Origin: a virus | Taxonomy: Duplodnaviria; Caudoviricetes | Strand: one strand, 5' to 3' | Length of the DNA stretch: 62,321 nt | IMG/VR virus record: IMGVR_UViG_3300030202_001124 | Coordinates: 1 to 62,321 of that record | Shown here: positions 56,795-62,321 of the stretch, piece by piece | Layout: each line of letters opens with the position of its first letter | Position numbering within the stretch: position 1 is the first letter of the stretch | Program-made: the position numbers and the translations under genes | Notes under the pieces: model-generated | What the model was told of the DNA's origin: nothing | The model's database searches: none | What the model saw: only the letters and a program-made list of their open reading frames with translations

Positions 56795-57092
56795 CAATAA
56801 TATAGAAAAAAAAGCGGTAGGGATTGATTTAGATGGAGATGGAGTTAAAGACTTCACTCTTGACTTAAAAACAATAATAGTGTGTTTAGGTGGATTAATT
56901 TCTTTGGTATTAACTTACTCAAAGTTGACTGAACAGATAGAATTAAACAAACAAGAGATTGAAGTTGCTAAAACTTTACCACCCTCACAATCACTTGAAA
57001 TAATTAATCAAAAAATATTATTTTTAGAACAACATATTGAGGCAGAAGCAAAACGACTGGATAAAATAGAAGATAAAGTTTATAAAAGATGA
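56787..57092 (+). CDS. Membrane-anchored lysis-cassette protein
   Basis: DLDGDG loop, one TM helix, coiled-coil C-terminus; between endolysin and holin. Confidence 0.5.
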   Translation: MANNNIEKKAVGIDLDGDGVKDFTLDLKTIIVCLGGLISLVLTYSKLTEQIELNKQEIEVAKTLPPSQSLEIINQKILFLEQHIEAEAKRLDKIEDKVYKR

Positions 57093-57487
57093 AAGAAATA
57101 TTAGCAAAATTATTTGGCAAAGCTGGTGGGGGGTTAGCTAGTAAAATATCATCCATAGTTGACAAGTTTGTACACACTAAAGATGAGCAGGCTGCTTTTA
57201 AAAAAGAAATGGATAAAATATGGATAGCAGCAGAAGCTGATATGCAAAAAAATGTGACGGAAAGATGGAAGGTAGATTTACAGCATGGAAACTGGCTAAC
57301 AAGATCAGTACGCCCTTTAATTCTTATATTTCTAGTAGTGTCTACAGTACTTATGGTTTTTATAGACAGCGGGTTTATCGCTTTTGAGGTTGATGAAAAA
57401 TGGACGGATCTTTTGCAGCTTGTTTTAATGACAACCATCGGAGCTTATTTCGGAGGAAGGTCGATTGAAAAAGTAAAAAAAGGATAA
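57089..57487 (+). CDS. Holin (3TM, GTA-holin type)
   Basis: RW..D...WL.RSVRPL...YFGGRS.EK signature. Confidence 0.8.
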   Translation: MKEILAKLFGKAGGGLASKISSIVDKFVHTKDEQAAFKKEMDKIWIAAEADMQKNVTERWKVDLQHGNWLTRSVRPLILIFLVVSTVLMVFIDSGFIAFEVDEKWTDLLQLVLMTTIGAYFGGRSIEKVKKG

Positions 57488-57499
57488 AATCTTTTTGAT

Positions 57500-57507
57500 T
57501 ATCTTTG
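57500..57507 (+). promoter_or_regulatory. -7 promoter box TATCTTTG
   Basis: TAnnTTTG before ORF 57525. Confidence 0.6.
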
Positions 57508-57524
57508 TTTCATAATAAATTAAT

Positions 57525-58295
57525 ATGGCTAGAATTAGTACCTACCCCTTAGACACAAATCTTGTAGGAACAGATTATTGGATTGGGTCAGACGCTAACA
57601 GTGCGTATGCTACCAAAAACTTTACAATTGATTCTGTTGCTGCCTACATGAACCAAGAAGGAGCTGCAAGACAAGCTCTTAATTACAAATATACAGAAAC
57701 AGTACCTGTAGGTGCTGGGACAATAGGTTTTAGAAATCCTGCATCTGGAGTGTTGACTCCATTGGGAAATATAAATTTTGATCAAATAGGAAATGGTGTT
57801 AGTGGAAAGCCTGTAAGTGTAGCATTAAGCAAAAATGAGTTATCTGAAATTGGAGTAGACATATCTCCATTTTACATTAATCCATTAGCTAGTGCTGATG
57901 TTTTAATTACACAAACAGACAATGTAAATAATTTTGGAATTTTTACATGGGGATCTGCAACAGCATTACCAGCTCCACATGAAGATTTTTATAATGTTCC
58001 GCTTACCTTTATTTCAGGGGCTGGAACCTTAACAATAGGAAAAGAATATTTCATATCTTTGCTTACGCCAGCAGGTAGTTCTGGAGATGCAACTAAAAAA
58101 GTTACATTAACTGGAGCAAGTACCTATACGGTGACACATGGATTGAATAAATATCCATCTGTTTCAATTGCTTCATTAGTAAGTGGAACAACAAAATATA
58201 AAGAAGTTTATGCGGACGTAACGTATGATGATATAAACACTGTCACTATTGACTTTGCCACAACATTTAACAACGGAGAAGCATATTTTAATTAA
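57525..58295 (+). CDS. Tail/fibre-anchoring structural protein
   Basis: MARISTYP N-terminus; C-terminal VTHGLNKYPSV...F...G.AY.N domain. Confidence 0.55.
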   Translation: MARISTYPLDTNLVGTDYWIGSDANSAYATKNFTIDSVAAYMNQEGAARQALNYKYTETVPVGAGTIGFRNPASGVLTPLGNINFDQIGNGVSGKPVSVALSKNELSEIGVDISPFYINPLASADVLITQTDNVNNFGIFTWGSATALPAPHEDFYNVPLTFISGAGTLTIGKEYFISLLTPAGSSGDATKKVTLTGASTYTVTHGLNKYPSVSIASLVSGTTKYKEVYADVTYDDINTVTIDFATTFNNGEAYFN

Positions 58296-58309
58296 GAAAA
58301 CAAAAAGCT

Positions 58310-59785
58310 ATGGCAATATCATATTTATCGAATATAAACCTTAACAATAATCAATTAAAATCTTTTTCAGTTGATAATTTAGGTTCTGATCCAACTCAAG
58401 GAAATTCTGTACAAGGTCAGTTAATATACAGAACTGACACAGATGTTTTAAAGTTTAATAATGGTACTGCCTGGGTAACACTAGATGGATCATTATATAG
58501 CTGGACAATTGACGGTGATAATTCAAATCCATTATCAGTTCCAAACTCAAAAGTAGTAAATTTTAAAGGTTTACAAGGTATTACAACTAATGTTGCGGCT
58601 AATGGAGCTGCTATTGACACTACCATAACCTTAAACAACACGGCCACAGACATGACTGGCCAAACTTATACAAATGCTACGGTAACTGTTGACAGGCAAG
58701 GTAGGTTATTGACCGCTGCTTCAGGAGCATCACCAGTTGTTTCTTTTGATATTGAAGGTAATGGAGCAAATGCTCAAACAATTACAAATGGAGTTACTAT
58801 TGATTTTGTTTCTAACACAGGAATTACCCTTGTAACGTCAAGTGTTGATGCTAGCAATAAGGCGGCTACAATTAATTTAGCTTTACAAGATTTACCAGAC
58901 ATGACTCAAGCTTGGGTTGCGACTGATGAATTTATTGTTTTGGATGGAACGGATCAAAAAAGAAAAGCAGGTAATGAAATTGCAATAAACTTATTAGGAA
59001 CTCCTAATGCAGATCTAGCTATAGGAAGTAATAAAATTACAGGTGTAACAGATCCTACTGCTGCTCAAGATGCCGCTACAAAAGCGTATGTTGATGCGGC
59101 AACAGCTGGGGGAGTTATATTTCAGGGAGGGTATAACGCAGCAACCAACACGCCTGACTTAGATAGCAGCCCAAGTGCAGCTATTAAAAAAGGATGGATG
59201 TACACTGTTACACATGCGGGAGACTTTTTTACAGAAGCAGTTGAAGTAGGAGATTCTTTAATAGCTCAATCAGATTCACCAACCGCATTATCAGACTGGA
59301 CAACAATTCAGAATAATATTGATGTAGCTACGGCAACCGTAAGAGGTATTGCTAATTTTCCTACAGCAGGAGGATTAGTTGTTACAGCTGGAGCAGTTTC
59401 TATAGCACCACAAACATCAAACGGAACTTATGGAGGTGCAGCCAAATCATTATCAGCCACTATTAATACAGACGGTATTGTAACAGGAATGTCAGACCAA
59501 AATATTGCTATTACAGCATCTCAAGTGACTGATTTTTGTACAACAGTTCAAACATGTGTTGGAACAAATTTAAATTTCTCAGCTAATATTGGAGATGGTA
59601 CTACAAATCCTATTACCGTAACTCATTCATTAAACACTAAAGATGTTATAGTTCAATTGTTTGATATTGCAACAGGAGATACTGTTTACTGTGATGTTCA
59701 AAGAGATTCTACCACAACAGTTGTAATAAGTACCACTACGGCACTTGCAAATGCATCGACAAGAATATTGATATCTGTAGTGTAA
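58310..59785 (+). CDS. Tail fibre-related structural protein
   Basis: VTVDRQGR, DPTAAQDAATKAYVD and VTHSLNT.DVIVQ fibre motifs. Confidence 0.65.
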   Translation: MAISYLSNINLNNNQLKSFSVDNLGSDPTQGNSVQGQLIYRTDTDVLKFNNGTAWVTLDGSLYSWTIDGDNSNPLSVPNSKVVNFKGLQGITTNVAANGAAIDTTITLNNTATDMTGQTYTNATVTVDRQGRLLTAASGASPVVSFDIEGNGANAQTITNGVTIDFVSNTGITLVTSSVDASNKAATINLALQDLPDMTQAWVATDEFIVLDGTDQKRKAGNEIAINLLGTPNADLAIGSNKITGVTDPTAAQDAATKAYVDAATAGGVIFQGGYNAATNTPDLDSSPSAAIKKGWMYTVTHAGDFFTEAVEVGDSLIAQSDSPTALSDWTTIQNNIDVATATVRGIANFPTAGGLVVTAGAVSIAPQTSNGTYGGAAKSLSATINTDGIVTGMSDQNIAITASQVTDFCTTVQTCVGTNLNFSANIGDGTTNPITVTHSLNTKDVIVQLFDIATGDTVYCDVQRDSTTTVVISTTTALANASTRILISVV

Positions 59786-59802
59786 AAATTTAATTTACCT
59801 AC

Positions 59803-62321
59803 ATGGCGATAAAATTTCTTAGCGGACAAACCATAACAGGCAATATAACGCTTTCTGGAGATATAACAGCTGCTACGTTTAACAGTCTAGCTATTAATTC
59901 TACAGGCACTAATAATGTTGCTAATCAAATAGTAAGAACTCAAGCTAATGGTTATGCGAACTTTGGCTGGATAAACTCAGTATCTGGAAACCATACAGGA
60001 TCAATCACAAGAATTACAGCAAGCAACGATGCGTATTTAAGATATGTAACACCAGCTCAATTTAGAACAGGAGTAACTGACGGATACTATGCTTCAGCAG
60101 GAACAGTGGATGGTGTAACATCTGTGGCTACAGGCAACGGATTATCAGGTGGCACAATAACATCAACTGGAACACTTACTATGTCTGGTTCTTATACAGG
60201 TGATTTTAGTGTAACTGGAGAGGTTGGTATTGCAACATCATCACCTAATTATTCTTTAGATATTCAATCTACTGCCACAGGATTAACTAGTAATTTAAAA
60301 CTTAATAAAAATTCAACTACAGGTGATTATGCAGAAATTGCTTTTCAACTATGGAGCGGCGCTGGATCAGGTTTAAATACTTTTGGTGGTACTGGAAACT
60401 CTAGACCAAGCGTTGTATTAAGAGCTATTAATGAAGATGGAAATCAAGCTGCAGGAGCTTTTGTTGTTGGAACATTTACAGGTGGTTCTAACAACTCAAC
60501 TTTAACAGAGAAATTTAGAATTTCATCTGCTGGAAACGTTGGAATTGGAACGGATTCACCTGATGCTAAACTTGAGGTTGAAGGCAACGTAAACAGTGGG
60601 TTGTTTAGTGTTTTTGCTAAAAATTCAAATGCTGGAAGTTCTGCTTATGTAAGTAAAAAGTGGTTAAATGATGATGCTGCTTTTGGTGAAATATGGAGAA
60701 ATAGTTCTGCTAGATCAAGCGGTGGGCAAGGTGCTTCATCTTTTAATATGTACAATAGTGCAGATATAAACTTTTGGTCTGGTGCTTCACACACTATGGC
60801 TTTAGTGGGTAACAACGTTGGAATAGGCGCAACTTCTCCTAATGAAAAGTTAGTTCTTAGAGAAACTAGTAACACAGCGACAACAACGTTAAAAATAGAA
60901 GGAGGATCATATGGTTTTGAGCTTAGTAAAACAAGTCAATCAGCTGATTATGTACACTTAAAACCTAGAGGTAGTAGTATAAGTGTTTTAAGAGTAATGC
61001 CTAATGCCACTAATTCTGATTCTTATGTTGAAGTTTGGGGAAGTGATTATGATAATGATACTTCTAATTGGAATAGAGCATATATGCACTTAGCCGCCTC
61101 TACTGGAAATTTTCACATAAAAACAAGTAGTTCTGGAAACAGGCCTGTAGGAAAATTAATTTTAGGCACTCAAAATACTTCAGATGCAATAACAATATTA
61201 GATAACGGAAATGTTGGATTTTCAGATACATCTCCAAATTTAAAATTAACAGTAAACGGTGCTATACAAAGAAAAAACAAAAGAGGAAATACTGGAAAAC
61301 ACAGCGTAGGTCATTATGATAGGGGTGAGGCAGTATGGGAATTAGATCCTACAATGTCAAGTCAAGAAATTGCAGATTTATTTGGTGGAACTACTTCTAC
61401 TGTATATTGGGATCAAACTAGTGGACAATCATCTCTAGCACCAGGAGGCTGGTGTTTATATTTAGCAGGTGGTGTATATGTAGGTGGTGTATATAATTCA
61501 GGTTTTCCCTACTTGCCTGTAGAAACTGATTCACCTACTCAAGCTGATTATTACATGGAATGTTATATTCAAAATGTAGGTACCGATCAACGCCATTACA
61601 TGGGTAGTAACGAATTTAATGAAAATTTTAGTAGTTTAGGTGGTCATCCAGGTTCTTATGGATATTGGGTTATGTCTAATACAAATCCAGGTACATCATG
61701 GACTAAAGTTTCTGGTTATATTGGTGGTTTTAGTGCAAGCACTATTGGCACATTTGAAAACGGAACAAAATATTGGACACCTCAGGCTTTGTTTAACTAT
61801 GGAGCTGGAAGCGGAACAAGGGCTTGTAGAATATCAGGATGGAAAGTATATAAAGTATATCAAAAAGGAAATAGAAAACTAGCTGGGACTTTAGATGTTG
61901 AAAGCACTAATTCACAATTAAGATTAACAGATTCAGACGATAATAAATTTGTATTATTCAGTTATTCAAGTAGTATATTAGCAGTTAGGAATAATTCAAC
62001 TAATACAACAGTAAATCAATTTACTTTAACGGAATCAGGAAATTTTGGAGTTGGTACAATTTCGCCTGATATGAAAATAGATGTAGAAGATAATTCTACA
62101 ACTTGGGCAGGTAGAATATTAAACACAAATTCAAATGGAGCAGGTTTACTAGTTAGGTCAGATTCAACTACTGCTTCAAACCTTGTTTTGGGTGTATATG
62201 GCAACGGCGGTTATAAAATGGTAGTTAGATCTGACGGCAACGTAGGAATCGGAACAACTTCGCCTGGACAAAAGCTTCATGTAAATGACGGAAGTACGGT
62301 GACTACTACTGACGCAAATAA
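59803..62321 (+). CDS. Long tail fibre, N-terminal part (3' truncated; absent from ORF track)
   Basis: ATG at 59803 (MAIKFLSGQ), open for 839 codons to the window end; GNVGIG..SP repeats. Confidence 0.85.
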   Translation, partial: MAIKFLSGQTITGNITLSGDITAATFNSLAINSTGTNNVANQIVRTQANGYANFGWINSVSGNHTGSITRITASNDAYLRYVTPAQFRTGVTDGYYASAGTVDGVTSVATGNGLSGGTITSTGTLTMSGSYTGDFSVTGEVGIATSSPNYSLDIQSTATGLTSNLKLNKNSTTGDYAEIAFQLWSGAGSGLNTFGGTGNSRPSVVLRAINEDGNQAAGAFVVGTFTGGSNNSTLTEKFRISSAGNVGIGTDSPDAKLEVEGNVNSGLFSVFAKNSNAGSSAYVSKKWLNDDAAFGEIWRNSSARSSGGQGASSFNMYNSADINFWSGASHTMALVGNNVGIGATSPNEKLVLRETSNTATTTLKIEGGSYGFELSKTSQSADYVHLKPRGSSISVLRVMPNATNSDSYVEVWGSDYDNDTSNWNRAYMHLAASTGNFHIKTSSSGNRPVGKLILGTQNTSDAITILDNGNVGFSDTSPNLKLTVNGAIQRKNKRGNTGKHSVGHYDRGEAVWELDPTMSSQEIADLFGGTTSTVYWDQTSGQSSLAPGGWCLYLAGGVYVGGVYNSGFPYLPVETDSPTQADYYMECYIQNVGTDQRHYMGSNEFNENFSSLGGHPGSYGYWVMSNTNPGTSWTKVSGYIGGFSASTIGTFENGTKYWTPQALFNYGAGSGTRACRISGWKVYKVYQKGNRKLAGTLDVESTNSQLRLTDSDDNKFVLFSYSSSILAVRNNSTNTTVNQFTLTESGNFGVGTISPDMKIDVEDNSTTWAGRILNTNSNGAGLLVRSDSTTASNLVLGVYGNGGYKMVVRSDGNVGIGTTSPGQKLHVNDGSTVTTTDAN

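Overview
Near-complete, circularly permuted genome of an AT-rich tailed phage with podovirus-like architecture. The host is very likely Bacteroidota/Flavobacteriia: many TAnnTTTG -7 promoter boxes, AT-rich leaders without Shine-Dalgarno sites, and a BT4734/VirE-N primase. The + strand late arm (49.5 kb to the end, continuing at 1-35.4 kb) encodes GroEL/GroES, a cluster of about 12 tiny, mostly very basic proteins, an M15A endolysin and holins, modular tail fibres with S74 chaperones, a tandem GroES-like protein, terminase, portal, scaffold, capsid, tail and ejection proteins. The - strand arm (49.0 to 35.3 kb) encodes small early genes (SprT-like, GP88-like, a lone DnaA domain IV), tRNA(CAT), Sak/RecE recombination, primase-helicase, SNF2 helicase, VRR-NUC and a metallophosphoesterase. 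I recognised no DNA polymerase, integrase or CRISPR array. The most unusual signals are in the early arm: (1) three copies of a covarying hairpin plus GGGGTTTT(G/C)GTGGTA leader element; (2) the palindrome CGTTTAAACG repeated even inside unrelated ORFs; (3) a tRNA-like element before the primase; (4) an iteron/IHF/AT-rich origin-like locus. Also notable are a three-component chaperonin set and a 28-aa CDGSH peptide. All family calls are from motif recognition by eye; no searches were run.
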